Assembly (NCBI RefSeq): GCF_009914755.1
Contig: NC_060935.1
DNA: 64,000 bases
Strand: one strand, 5' to 3'
From: the human T2T-CHM13v2.0 reference genome, Homo sapiens
In this document: positions 1 to 18,094 of the stretch, one piece after another
Position numbering within the stretch: the first letter of the stretch is position 1
How the letters are laid out: each line of letters begins with the position of its first letter
Program-made: the position numbers and the translations under genes
The notes under the pieces: generated by a model
What the model was told of the DNA's origin: nothing
The model's database searches: none
Seen by the model: only the letters and a program-made list of their open reading frames with translations

Positions 1-520
1 GCGGGGCGGCGAGGGTGCCCTCGACCTGGGGGTTCCGGCACCGCTGGCCTGGGGGTCCCCGGCAGCGCCCTCTCGCCGTCTTGGAGTCCAGGACTGTGGC
101 CGGGGGTTTGAGGGTGTGGCAGCACCGCCCCCCGGGTCCCGGGGAGCGGCCGGACCGAGCTCCCGACGCCGGGTCGGGCGGAGGGCGGCGCTGTAGGTGG
201 GGGAGACCCTGGGCAGACCCTCCCTGCGGCCGCTTTGCGTCTCTCTCGCCGCCCTCCCCACCCCTGCCCGCCTTGGCTCTGACCGCGCGGTTCTGCGATC
301 CAGACCCCTTCCCCGCCACCCGCCTCCAGCGTCACCCCAGAAACGCTTTCTCTGTCCTGCTGTCGAAGCTTCACCTGTGTCCCCCGTCATTCTGCCTGTG
401 GTTGCTCCTCAGTGCTTGCGGCTGCACGAAATCATCTTGTGTGTCGCGCCCGACCCCACGTGGCGATCGTGTTGATTAGCAGAGTGTTGTGCGTGCTTCA
501 GGAATGTAGTCGGTGTTCGT
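1..520. promoter_or_regulatory. PTDSS2: 3' part of the PTDSS2 promoter CpG island (start of intron 1)
   Basis: Very high GC and CpG density at the window start. Exons 2-12 supply 1282 coding nt and exon 2 begins mid-codon, so a coding exon 1 must lie upstream of the window. Confidence 0.75.
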
Positions 521-1401
521 CGAATCCAGGCTCTGTTTCTCTCCTCAGTTGCCCCTAGCGGGGCCAGCGCCTCCTCCCTGCACAACTCAGCCCTAGCTAC
601 ACCTTGGGGTCCCCCTGTCCGCCACTCTGCCTTTAATGGGGGTGGAAAAGGAAGAGGCCCCCGGGAGCAGCTGGAGTGTGGCACTCTGTGTCCAGACAGG
701 CTCCAGGTGCCGCTCCTACTCCCGACAGCTGCGACCCTGGGCTGGCCCTTTGCCGATGCTCCTCTGTGAGAAGGATCAAGCCGTCGACCTGAAAGCAGGC
801 TTCGTGAGAGGAGGGTTTGGCTCTTCTTGACTGCAAGGTGCCCAGTTCCCATCCTGTGGAAGGCCCGGGGGCACAGGGGCAGTAGAGGTGGGGTCAGCCC
901 CAGGAAAACGTGTGGGAGACAGGCGCCTGCGGCCAGCAGTGGAAGGAAGGCTTTATGGACGCTTCCAAGAGAACCATGCTGTGGGATGGTCGGAGAGCAA
1001 ATCTGAGGGGCGAGGAGGGCCTGATGGAGGAGTAAGGGACTTGTCAGGGGAAGGCGCCACCACAGACAGGGACTTAACCGGTCCTGGCCTGTCACCGCAG
1101 CCGAAGCTCTGGAGAGAGACTGTCCAAGTGGTGGGAAAGCAGGTTAGGGTGGAGGAGGCCCCACGCAGGGTCTTCCGTGAGGTGTGGGCAGCTGCTGTTG
1201 CAGGGAGGGCATCCGAGCTCTCCTTTGGGGAGATGAGTGTACCGGGTGGCTGCGGGGCCCTCGGGAGGGAGAGGAGATGGGGTGCCTGCCACGTGGACCC
1301 TCTGGCTTCCGGGCCCTGTGGACATCAGGCCTCTCCATCAGGTGCCCTGCCACACCCCTTCAGGCTGTCCTCCCGCAGCACAGCTGGGGACCACCGGAGT
1401 C

Positions 1402-1548
1402 TCTGAGGTCCTGGAGCAAGGAGACCAGACTGGCTCTTCTGAGGTCCCGGAGCAAGAAGACCAGACGGGCTCCTCTGACATCCCGGAGCAAGGAGAACAG
1501 ACGGGCTCCTCTGAGGTCCCGGAGCGAGGAGACCAGACTGGCTCTTCT
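1402..1548. repeat. 36-bp tandem repeat x4
   Basis: Unit tctgaggtcc(c/t)ggagcaaggagaccagac(t/g)ggctc(t/c); 12-aa periodicity in the overlapping ORF. Confidence 0.9.
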
Positions 1549-2219
1549 TGTTTCTCATTTGGCCGTTCAGCACATTGTGGGGACCCCTACTGCCTGTCAG
1601 TTACCGTTCTACGGGACATAGCAGAGAACTAAACAAGAAGCTTAGATTCTGGTGCAGGCATGGAACTTCAGAAGGCTCAAAATGTGCTGGCTGGGTGCTG
1701 AGTGTGGCAGGAGCCAGGGGGCACATGCAAGCCTGCGCAGCCCACCCAGTACCAGGGAAGCAGGAGCAGCAGCCCAAAGGTAGGAGGGGGCCGGTCTCTT
1801 TAGAAGCCCAGACCAGTGGTCCCTGCCCACAAGGGGTGTTTGGGACACAGACGGCTGGGCGCAGCAGAGCTTGCCTGTCAGGAGGCCAAGGGGGTCAGGA
1901 GGGCTCTCCAGGAGCGGGTGCAGCGGGGCTGGCTGGTCCAGGTACCTCCTTCCTGGGTCTTCTGGGTGGGTGGCTCTGGCTCTGGCTTTCCCCTCGACCC
2001 TGTCCCTGTAGAGACGCATGGGGCAGGTTCTTGCTGTGCCTCCTCCCTTCCCTGTGCAGAGGAAGGAGCTTCACGCTTCTGGGTGGCAGGTAACTCAATG
2101 CCTGCCTGGTGAGAATTCATTACCTGCAGAGCCTCACACTGACCTCCTGAGTCCACCTGCACTGACTTGCTGTGCTGGCATTTTTTTAACTCTAATTTTG
2201 TGTTTTAGAGAGTTTTACT

Positions 2220-2374
2220 TTTTATTTTTTATTCATTTTTATTTATTTATTTATTTTTAATAGAGGGTCCCCCTGTGTTGCCCAGGCTGGTCTTCAACTC
2301 CTGGCCTCAAGTGATCCTTCCGCCTCAGCCTCCCAGATTGCTGAGATTACAGGCATGCACCACCACATCCAGCC
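2220..2374 (-). mobile_element. Alu left monomer (FLAM-like)
   Basis: T-rich tail followed by tgttgcccaggctggtcttcaactcctggcctcaagtgatcc. Confidence 0.85.
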
Positions 2375-3886
2375 AGGGCGTTCATTTTCAAGGATGGGTG
2401 CACTTCCTCGGGCCAGTGACGGCGGCCATGTGTGAATTTTGTTTCTCTGTGACTGCTTGTCAGCCATAGGGATAGGGCGTGCGGTTCGATTCAGGGCTTG
2501 ACTGGCCCTGGGAGCACGAGGCTGAGCTCTCCTTCTCTGGATTCATTCAGGGTAGCAAGGACAATTATGGGGAACATCCAGAGGAAAACGTTTAGATCCA
2601 CAGACTCCGAGAAGCCCTGTGCGAAGATGTGGCAGCTCATGCGGTCTGGAAATTGTTTGGGAGAACACTTGGGGACCCCTTACCCTGGCGAGGTGCCTGT
2701 GAACGTTGCCGCCTGTCTGTGGGAGACGCTGAAGCAGCTTCGGATGACCACACTTGCTAACCAGTTCCCGAGCTGGGGGCCACTGTGATGTTCTGAGAGT
2801 TTTTATTGTATGCTTGTGTCTTGGAATGGGGTGCCTCAAATGAGCCTTCTCAGTGACCTGAGGACTTTATGTGTGAGGTGACCTCTGACCTTCAGATACC
2901 CCAGGTTTCTGGAAGATGCCTTTCTCCATCATCCTGGATCGGGGCTTTCCCAGCTTTGCCTACACCTGGGAGGCGCGAGTAGCCAGATGAAGTCTTTCTG
3001 GTCTTGCTGGTCAGAGCCAGAAGGGCCAGTGCCCGGTCCAGGAGCCTCTCGCAGGCCTTGGGCTGCCCATCCAGGCGTGGCCTTTCCTTGGCCCTTTGGA
3101 CGACGACGCCGCGTTTTCCTCTTGGTCTCGGCCTCCCTGCCCACCATGAGAGTGGACATGAGAGTGACCATCTCCAAGGAGGCAGCTGGGTCTTTTCCAC
3201 TCCCCATGGCAGGGAGCCAGCTGTCTTCACGCCCTCACCCTAGTGAAGTGGCTGAATTGCCAGGATTGATCACAGCTCTGTTCTGTGTCTGATCACAGGA
3301 CATACACCGTCCTGCAGAGTCTGCAGGCGGGTGGGAGGAGCCATTGAACAGACCTGGCGTCCTGGGAGGGACACGGAATTCTTCCCTTGAGAGTCTCATG
3401 CTATCTTGAGCGGCACTCTGTCACTTCCAAGATGTGTAGACGTCGTGCTGCGTGTAGGACAAGGACTGGAGCTCACTAATACGGACCTTACTTTCCAGGA
3501 GCGTTGGATTTGAGCAGCTCTGAGATGTGTCCTCCTGCAGGGCTGCTGTGCCTGGTGCCCTTTCTCTGGGTCCCTTACCCTCTGCCTCCCTTCCTGTTGG
3601 GTCCTCTTCATTCCCATTTCTGCTTCCCCAGGGCCAGGAGGGTGCTGGGCACTCGGTGGCCACCTCAATGACAGTGTGCACATTTACCTGAAGGGGCGAA
3701 GGGTTACCTTTATATTTCAGGTAATCTCTGTGTTTTGGGGAAATGGAAAGATGGTGTTGGGTTAGGGTTGATCAATGATCAGCGTTTCCCTGGGCTACAC
3801 AAGGAGTGAGTGTTGGGTTGGTGGCCACTTTAGAAACCACAGGAAGGTCTCTGTCGTGGAAAGTCGTATTAAAGGAGTCAAGTTTT

Positions 3887-4147
3887 ACGCCTGTAATCCC
3901 AGCACTTTGGGAGGCCGAGGCAGGTGGATCACGAGGTCAGGAGTTTAAGACCAGCCTGGCCAATATGGTGAAACCCGGTCTCTACTAAAAATACAAAAAT
4001 TAGCTGGGTGTGGTGGCGGGCGCCTGTAATCCCAGCTGCTCGGGAGGCTGAGGCAGGAGAATCGCTTGAACCTGGGAGGCAGAGATCGCGCCAGTGTCCT
4101 CCAGCCTGGGTGACAGAGCAAGACTCCATCTCAAAAAGAAAAAAAGA
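3887..4147 (+). mobile_element. Alu (S-like, 5' clipped)
   Basis: acgcctgtaatcccagcactttgggaggccgagg ... A tail. Confidence 0.92.
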
Positions 4148-5484
4148 AGTCAAGTTTCAATTTTAACTTGTGTTAGTGTGTGATCCTGTCTTTGTGTGCT
4201 GTGGAACTTGGTGCTGGTGGGACACAGGCTGCTCACCCCATCCCTTGAGCTTTGCGTTTATTCCTGGGATTCTGCATGTGAATGGGAGCCTGTGCTGTAT
4301 CTGGGAGATGCTGACTGGGTTGCGGGCACGTCCGAGGGTCAGGGTGGGGCCGAGTGCAGCCTCCTCCTCCAGTGGGCCTGTGTGTGGAGTGGTGGCATTC
4401 TGGGTGTCCCTGAGGCCTGGTCGTTTCCATCTTCTTCCTGAGCCCACATGGAGATGACGAGGGGTTTCCTGCTGGTCTCTTGCAGAACAGGGTTGAGTGG
4501 TGTCCTCACGTTGATCTAGCTTCTGGGTCTCCCATTCTGCATGTGAGCAGGTTGATGGGCTGTTGTCTCTTCCACGGTTAGCCTCCCTTAGGCTGGGGCT
4601 CCTTCACCCCTCTTTTCTTAGAGACATTACTGCCCAGAGTGAGAACCCCTCACGTGGGGTGGCCGTGTGGTTCCAAGACAGGGTCCTGTGGAGGCCCTGT
4701 TAGCTTCCCCACTGGAGGCCTCCCTCACAGCAGGCTCCTGTCCCGGCATCTGCACTCCAGCCAGGCAGAGTCCTGCTCCCGTGCACACCACACCCTGTCT
4801 GTCTGTGCTGTGGGCCCTTGGCGGGGTTCTGGGTGTCTGGAGCCCCTTGACCTTGTTCCTCCTACAAGGTGACCTCGTCAGGAAGCCCCAGGATGAGACT
4901 GTCCCTGGCTCCTCCAAAGGTCACTTCAGACATGTGCACCCTTTGGAGAGGTCCCTGCTGTTTCTCAGAACTGCTGGGGATGGAGGCTGAGCCCGAGAGT
5001 GCTTGCTCCTCGCGCTCCCTTCTTGCTATGGTCTCCGGAGATGCCTCCCAGGCCACGAGCCCTCCTGGCGTGGTTTTACTGGGACCTGGCTTTGCAACAA
5101 AAATAGTTGTTTTAACCTCCCTAACCACTCCCATCCCTCTTTTGTTTTTCTCTATAACGTGTAGGGTTTCTTAGCTCTCCTGTATTGGTCTCACTCCACT
5201 GGAAGGAAGGCTCAGGAACGCAGGCTGTGTCTTCTCCCGGGTGTGGCTGGGGCGGGGGCTCAGGGAATGGCTGTGATGGCCCAGTGTCCAGGAGGCTCCG
5301 GGCCCCACCCCCCGCCTTGCTGCATGACCTTCACAGTGTCACTTACCGGCCCTGACTTGCCTGCGGGCACCACGCACACGGCATGAAGGTGCCCTGGCCC
5401 GGGGCACGGACACAGCCAGAGCCACCGCGCTCCTGGCTGTCATCACGTCGTTGGCTTTGCGATCTAAACCTGCTTGTTGTTTTG

Positions 5485-5825
5485 GTTTTTCTTTCTTTCT
5501 GTTTTCTTTCATTCTTTTTTTTTTTTTTTTTTTTTTTTGAGACAGAATCTCACTCTGTCACCCAGGCTGGAGTGCAGGGATGTGATCTCAGCTTACTGCG
5601 GTCCCCGACTCCTGGGCCGAAGTAATCTCCCCTCACCCTCCCTCTTCCCAAGTAGCTGGGACCAGACATGCGCCACCACATCCAGTTAATTTTTTTTTTT
5701 TTTTTGGTAGAAATAGGGTCTCACTATGTTTCCCGAGCTGGTCTCCAACTCCTGGGCTCAAGTGATCCTCCTGCCTCAGCCTCCCAAAGCTCTGGAATTA
5801 CAGGTGTGAGCCACGGTACCTGCCC
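5485..5825 (-). mobile_element. Alu (J-like)
   Basis: Poly-T plus a diverged Alu dimer. Confidence 0.88.
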
Positions 5826-7050
5826 CCAAACACTCCTGACTCTTCTTATCCTAACCGGGGTCATCTTACTCTCCTCACCGAAATCTGATGTCACCTGTAT
5901 GGAGGAAAGGGTGGGCCTCATGGAGGGGCAGGCCAGGGACAAGGGGACTCCTGGGCCCCAGCTGAGCCCAGCCCGTTTCCCCTCAAGGGCTGTCTCCAGG
6001 AGGACACGTTCTGTAAGTGTAGTGTTCAGCAGAGGGTGAGTTTCTGGGTCGCCGAATCCAGGCACCCTTAGGAATGGGGGCCTAAGAGGGCCTTCTGACG
6101 TGGGTTCTCTGCTGTGATTGTGGGCAGGTCTCTCAGTACTGAAGGGCCCCACGGTGTGGAGCTCAGCAGGAAGGCTGAGGTTCCCTGCGGTTTCCTCATG
6201 GCTTAGGACTCAAATGCAAATGTATCTAAAGAAAAAGGTGGTTGATAGTCACAATGAAACTTTTATTTACCTCTGGTTGTCTTAAATGCCTAGTATTGTA
6301 AAATATGGCAGAAGAATTCACTTTCATGCCTGTAATCCCAACACTTTGGGAGGCCAAGGTGGGCAGATCCCTTGAGTTCATGAGTTTGAGACCAGCCTGG
6401 AAAACATGGCAAGACCCCGTCTCTACAAAAAATACAAAAAAATCCAACCTGACCCACATGGCAAGACCCCATCTGCACAAAAAATACAGAAAGTTCCAGC
6501 CTGGAGCCTCCACCTGCAGTCCTGCAGCTCCACCCTGGCTCTTCATGAAATCGGCTAAGTCCAGGTGTGGGTGCGTTCAGTGCAGCACCCACGTGCAGGT
6601 GACACGCCCATGCACCGCCACAACCACGCTCACACCAGAACATTCCATCATCCGGAAGGCCCGTGTCTCCGCTCCAGTCTGCTTTTCGTGGATGCAAACT
6701 CATTTCCTTGAGTCGTGTGTGGGTGACAGCAGATGGGAGGTTTCTTTTGTGCCTGGCGTCTGTAGCGTGTTTTTCTTTTTCTTTTTTTATCTTTTGAGAC
6801 GGGATCTCACGATGTTCATGATGTTGCCCCGGCTGGTCTTGAGCTCCTGGCCCAAAACAGTCCTCCTGCCTGGGCCTCCCAAGGGGCGTGTCTTTGAGAT
6901 CTATCCACGTTGAGGTCGTTGCCAGCAGCACATTCCTCTGAGTGCTGAGCCATGCTCCGCTGGTCGGAGGGACCACAGTGTTTCCTCCACTGATAGAGTT
7001 TTGGTTTGTTTCCCGTTTTAGGTTATTATACCTGAAACATCTGCATGTAA

Positions 7051-7154
7051 GTCTTTGACTGGACCTGTGTTTTCATCTGTCTCAGGCCCACGTTTGGGAG
7101 TGTGTCTTTGACTGGACCTGTGTTTTCATCTGTCTCAGGCCCACGTTTGGGAGT
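7051..7154. repeat. 53-bp direct duplication
   Basis: gtctttgactggacctgtgttttcatctgtctcaggcccacgtttgggagt occurs at 7051 and 7104. Confidence 0.9.
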
Positions 7155-7522
7155 ATGTGGCTGGCTGGATAGCAGACGTAGCATAGGCCTCACTTTTCTG
7201 TGCCGTTTTGCAGTCCCACCTGCAGTGTGTGAGCATCTTGCTCCGAGACCTCACCAGCACTCTGCATTGTGATGTTCTTAATTTCAGCCGTTCCAGCAGA
7301 TGTGCACTGATGCTGTGTCGTGGCTTGGATTTGTGATGCTTTTAATTTCAGCCGTTCCAGCGGATGTGTACTGATGTGTCCTGGCTTGGATTTGCTTTCA
7401 CGGTGACCAGTGCTGCTCCTCGTTTGTTCATGTGCTTATTGGCCATTTGTATGTTTTCCTTGTGAAGTGTCTGTTCAATTTTTTGCCTATTTTTTCATTA
7501 AATTGTTTATTGAGCTGTATGA

Positions 7523-8125
<603 letters not shown>

Positions 8126-8363
8126 ACGCGTGCAGCCTACAAAGTTTTATCAGATATATGTATTGTGAATATTTTCTCCCAGTTTGTGACTTGCCTTTTC
8201 ATTTCTTTAGGGCACAAATAGTTTACATTTCATGGAGGCAAGTCCTGGGCAACATGCTTTAAGTGCATTGTTCACTTAATTTTCATGATGTCCTTGGAAG
8301 TCAGAAGCTTCCCCATTTAGATATGAGGAAACTGAGGCACGGAGGGGTGCATCATCTCTCCAA

Positions 8364-8803
8364 GGACACACTCCAGTGGATGTAGGACCTGGGTTAGACG
8401 TGAGGACACACTCCGGTGAATGTAGGACCTGGGTTAGACGTGAGGACACACTCCGGTGGATGTCGGACCTGGGTTAGACGTGAGGACACACTCCGGTGGA
8501 TGTCGGACCTGGGTTAGACGTGAGGACACACTCCGGTGGATGTCGGACCTGGGTTAGACGTGAGGACACACTCCGGTGGATGTCGGACCTGGGTTAGACG
8601 TGAGGACACACTCCGGTGGATGTCGGACCTGGGTTAGACGTGAGGACACACTCCGGTGGATGTCGGACCTGGGTTAGACGTGAGGACACACTCCGGTGGA
8701 TGTCGGACCTGGGTTAGACGTGAGGACACACTCCGGTGGATGTAGGACCTGGGTTAGACGTGAGGACACACTCTGGTGGATGTAGGACCTGGGTTAGACA
8801 TGA
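8364..8803. repeat. 40-bp minisatellite x11 inside a duplicated MIR-like fragment
   Basis: Unit ggacacactccggtggatgtcggacctgggttagacgtga; flanks contain atgaggaaactgaggcac (MIR core). Confidence 0.95.
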
Positions 8804-9576
8804 GGAAACTGAGGCACAGAGGGGTGCATCATCTCTCCGAGGACACACTCCGATGGATGTAGGAACTAGGTCTCTGCCTCCATTTGCAGATGGTCATGCA
8901 GAGGGGGTCTCAGGCGAGTGTCTGGCACAGGCAGTGGCTGGGGTCTGGTGGCCCCCAGTTCTGATACTAGGCTGGTTGTGGGCTTTTCCACCAGCGATGG
9001 GACAGGACAAGACTGCAAAGGGAGCGCCCTGCCTCCTCCTCCCACGTCTGGGCTCTGACAGGCCAGAGGACGGGCAGACCCACGGCTCGTGGCTCACTCC
9101 AGCTAGCAGCGGTCACTCTGCAGGCCTCTGCTCAGGCCCCTTCTCAGCTCTTGGTGTCTTGGGCTGCTGCACTGAATCTCAGATGTTATTTCATGAACCC
9201 AAAGAGTTGTTGTCTCGGCTTGTCTTGCGCAGTGAAAAGCGCGTGTTTTACGTGTCCAGTTGCTCTTAATAGCAGATACCTGCCCTGGACGCCAGTGGCA
9301 GCATGTGCCCTCTGAGCAGCGGCCTTCAGCTTCCCAGGAACACGGGGCTCTTCCTGTCCAGCCTCCTGGGGGCTGGTCTCAGCCCTGACTGGCCAGCAGA
9401 CGCAGGGTCATCTCGGAGTTACCCAGCTAGGGACTCGCAGCCAGTTGCTGGTTGGGAGTTGGAGAGTGGAGTTTAAGCCCTCTCCTTGACGTAGAGAGGA
9501 TTTGGGGCCTGTTACGTGAGTATTTAGCAATGCTGCCCAAGCTCTGACACCATGCTTATGCGTTTTTGGATTTCAG

Positions 9577-9678
9577 GCGAGCCCACACCTTAACCGTGCT
9601 CTTCATCCTCACCTGTACGCTTGGCTATGTGACGCTGCTGGAGGAAACACCTCAGGACACGGCCTACAACACCAAGAG
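9577..9678 (+). CDS. PTDSS2: Phosphatidylserine synthase 2, exon 2 (102 nt)
   Basis: tttcag| acceptor, |gtaagc donor; encodes [33 protein letters not shown](R), recognised as PSS2. Confidence 0.96.
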
Positions 9679-12115
9679 GTAAGCTGCCCTCTCGTCCTGC
9701 CTTCTGAAACTGCCCTGTGCCCCGTGTGGTGGGTGTGGCACCCTTACTGCTCGGGCTGCCGGGGGCTCAGAAGGCCTTCACCAGAGGGCTGCGTGGGGCC
9801 GCCGGCCTCTCCCTTGAGTGTGTCTGATGTGCAGACTCCAGGGCTGCCCTTGGTGCTGCGTGGCGTTCCCGGTCAGCCCCCGTCGCCTGTCACTGGGAGC
9901 CAGGAGTCTGTGTCATCTCCACGTGACCGGCAGCCTGTGCTGCGTTTCCTCTGAGTTTTGCATGTTGAGGTTGGAACGAGCTGCAGCAGCTACAGGGCTG
10001 AGCCCTTGAGTTTGGGCGTCTCCGGGGGTGAGGTTCCTGCGGTGGCCGCGTGCTGGTTCCGTTAGCCAGCGGGGCTCTTGCACGGACAGGGGCCGACACG
10101 GACCGCAGACCATCTGGTCAGCAGCCAAGCGAGTAAACTCGTCTTCTCAGGTTTGTCTCCACAGGCAGGCAGGCTAGACCTTGGGTGTGTCCTCTGCCTG
10201 AATTCCATGGATTCTGACGCCAGTCTCAGAAGTGCGTGTGGAAGAGAAGCTGGTTTTAGAGCCTGTGAATCAGTCTTGAGTTTTCTGTGCCTGACTCTCC
10301 TCTCGCGTTGCTCTTCCGACGCGCGCACAGGGTGTGTCTGCCCAGGGCTGCCTCCTGCCCAGCAAGGCTGCTGACACCATCAGGGCCTGGCCCCACTTGC
10401 TCCGGCGGGATGGTGGGAGGAAGCCGGAGCAGGGTCTGAGACCAGCAGCAGGATGGGGACAGAGGTGGAAGGAGGCATTGGAGGCCTGTTGGTGTCGGGG
10501 CCACAAGTTGGCTCTGGTTGGCGGGAGCCCTGGGGTTTGTAGGACTTAGCTGTCCCTACAGCTCTTGGGCCAGCACTTCATTTTGTAAAGCAAGAGTCTC
10601 GCTATCTTCGTGACTGTTGGGTGGGGTGATGGGTGGGCATGGTGTGAACGTCATCACGCTTGCACGGGCGTTGGTGGCCCTGTTTGCCCACTGATTTGAC
10701 ACCAGCCCTGTGGGCTCTAGAACACAAGCATGCCCAGTGCCCTGTCTGTAGGGGAGCGGATGCTTTAGAATCACGCACAGCAGACCTCATAACTGAGTCC
10801 ATCTCCCTGGGGGCAGTGGGGCATTTCTGGTTAGAAATTACTGTTGAGGTGCCTGGACCCAGGACTCTGCAGCCTGCTCCCCAGATGAGCTCACCCTCCA
10901 TCCTCACCTGGGAGGCGCAGGTGGCCTCTCCTGTCCTGGTCTCCCTACCCTGCTCCTGGCTGCATGCTCTGTGGGTTCTCTCCCACCTTGCTGTCATCCC
11001 TCTCCCAGTCAGCTTTGCTGGCCCTTCCCCCTTTTTCTGAGCCTGAGGTGCCAGCTTGCTCCCAGGCCTGGCCTGGCCAGTGCCTCCCGTGCTCCAGGCC
11101 CAGCTCGCTCCTTCTCCCTTTCTTAGGCAGTCCCAGCGGGGGTCACGTGCAGAACCTGCAGGCCCGGTGTGCACTGTGTAACTAGGCTCCAGAAATAGAT
11201 GAGGGAGCATGTGCCGTGCCTGGGGCCCCTGTGGAGGGGCCACCTGGGGACGCTGGACCTGTGGCTCTGGAGGCAGTGAGGCAGTGGGCAGGAGCCCCGT
11301 GTGTGCCTAGAGGGAGCTTTCAAGGAGGACTTGGTCTTTCTTGAATTCATCCATCAGCACCTGGCTAGGAGGGTCTGTGGCATCTGCCGGGCACAGCAGG
11401 GTAGGTGGATTAGGAAGCAGGACCGGGTCTCACCTCAAGTGTCCCACATGGCAAGAATTGTCAAGAGCAGGAGTGCAGGGGGTGTCTTGGGAGCACTCCC
11501 CGAAAGCATTCACCAGGCCCCCACCAGGCGCATCACAAAGCCTCACCACCCCAAGCCAGGCCCTGCCCTCCCAGGCCTGGTTCCTATGGGAAGCACTAGG
11601 TGACCCAGACCCAGAGGGGCCAGGAGCTTAGACCCCTGAGGGGGCAGCAGTGGTGGGCACGTCCCCCACTTCACCCAGCACTGGCCTCTCCTGAGTGGCC
11701 CCCGACGTGAGAGGCTGGGTTCTGCCATCCTGTCCTCTCCAGCAGGGAGCCCCTGCGTGTGTTCATTGAGAGGGGCCAGGAGACGGGAATTCACGGGGCC
11801 CTGGGCACTCTTCTCTGAGGTTCTGTTCTGGGGACACTAAACGCGCTCCCAACTCACATTCTCTTTCCCCCTCACCCTCTTTGAGGGCACAAAAGAAGCC
11901 ACCTGTCCTTCTCTGCTGCTGGCACCTAGAACCTGCTCTGGGCTCCTTCCTGGAAGGCTCGGCTGCCCCAGGTCACCCTGGCACTGACCGTGGCTCTGTG
12001 GCTCCTTCCAGTGAAATTGCCGTGGTGCACCTGTCCTGAGTCCATTCTCATGGCCTGGACCCGCACTGCTGCATACCAGAAGCCCAGCTCCTGGGCAGCC
12101 ACCCTACCTGCCCCT

Positions 12116-12190
12116 ACGCAGGGTGTCCACACAGAGGGTGTCCGCACACAGGGTGCCCACACACAGGGTGTCCCCACACAGGGTGTCCAG
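12116..12190. repeat. 15-bp tandem repeat x5
   Basis: acacagggtgtccnc-type units. Confidence 0.8.
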
Positions 12191-12276
12191 AAGGCTGTGG
12201 GGGCTGGTTTACTTTTAATACTAGAATTATCTGATGTCCTCAAGAGTAGATTTTCTTATATAGAAAATACCTTCTA

Positions 12277-13234
<958 letters not shown>

Positions 13235-13364
13235 CAGCCTTATTTTTAAAAATTAATATTTATGTTATTAAAGTTAAAAAGTTATAAAACTAGTGTGTCT
13301 TTATTCAGCTTGCTGTCATTGTTCTTTTTATGGATCTAACAGGTTCCCCACCTTAGGGGATGAT

Positions 13365-13671
13365 TTTCTTTTTCTTTTTTTTTTCTTTTTTTGGAGACAG
13401 GGTCGTGCTCTGTTGCCCAGGCTGGAGTGCAGTGGCGTGATGGCCCACTGCAACCTTCACCTCCCAGGTTCAATCAGTTCTTGTGCCTCATCCTCTGTGG
13501 TAGCTGGGACTATAGCCGTGCACCGCCACGCCCCACTAATTTTTTTATATTTTGGTAGAGACAGGTTTCACCATGTTGCCCAGGCTGGTTTTGAACTCCT
13601 GAGCACAGACAGTACACCCGCCTCAGCCTCCCAAATTGCTAGGATTACAGGCGTGAGCCACTGCGCCCGGC
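13365..13671 (-). mobile_element. Alu (J/S-like)
   Basis: Poly-T plus Alu dimer. Confidence 0.9.
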
Positions 13672-14289
13672 CCCGTTTTGTTTTTCTTGAGTCAACGTTA
13701 TTGACCTATAATTTACTATAATCTGTGTCTGATTCACGCGTACGGCTGATGAGTTTTAACAGACTCAGAGCCCCGTGTGCCCACCACTGCATGGGGGTGC
13801 GAAAGTGTTCACTGTTCCCTGCGCTCAGAGTGCCTCACCCCGGCTCGGGCAGTGCGGAGGCATCTCCCCTGCGCTCAGAGTGCCTCACCCCGGCTCGGGC
13901 AGTGCCAGTGCATCTGCCTGGGTGAGAGCAGGGTCTGTGCTGCCGGCCCCGGCTTCCTGTGAACGCAGTTGCTCCTCCGGCCTGGCCTCTCCCGCTGGAG
14001 GGCAGCTTCGCGGCATCCTTGCTGTGCCTGCCGGTGGGCTCACTGGGGAGCTTCCGCTGCGTGGACACGGCACCGTTCACTGATCTGCCTGTATGGGGGT
14101 GACCCTGGGGGAGAGTCCAGCTTTCCTCACCAGTCCATTACATTTTTATCCCATTTTAAACTTAGTAAATTAAACCTCTTCACACATTTTACTCAATAAA
14201 ATACATGTAACATATATAAATGTAATACACTTAAAATATAAATATCCTTACTTGTAATACATATAAAACATAATGCATATAAATATACT

Positions 14290-17900
<3,611 letters not shown>

Positions 17901-18094
17901 AACTACTGCAGATGCATTCCGTGACCTTCCTGAAGGGTGTTCAGAGGAAGGTGCTGAGTAACTTTGGAAATGAGCAGTGTCTATAAGGCCAGAGGCAAAA
18001 GGAATGGCACAGACGCTGCTCTAGTCGATAAAGTTTTGCTGCACAGAGGTGCTGACTGGCAGCTCTGTCACTGTGGTGTGTATGATGGCTGTGG

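Noticed and set aside
8364-8803. CRISPR-like appearance of regular arrays (also 24.1k and 32.8k)
   Set aside because: The units are head-to-tail with no unique spacers, there are no cas genes, and the context is primate genomic DNA.
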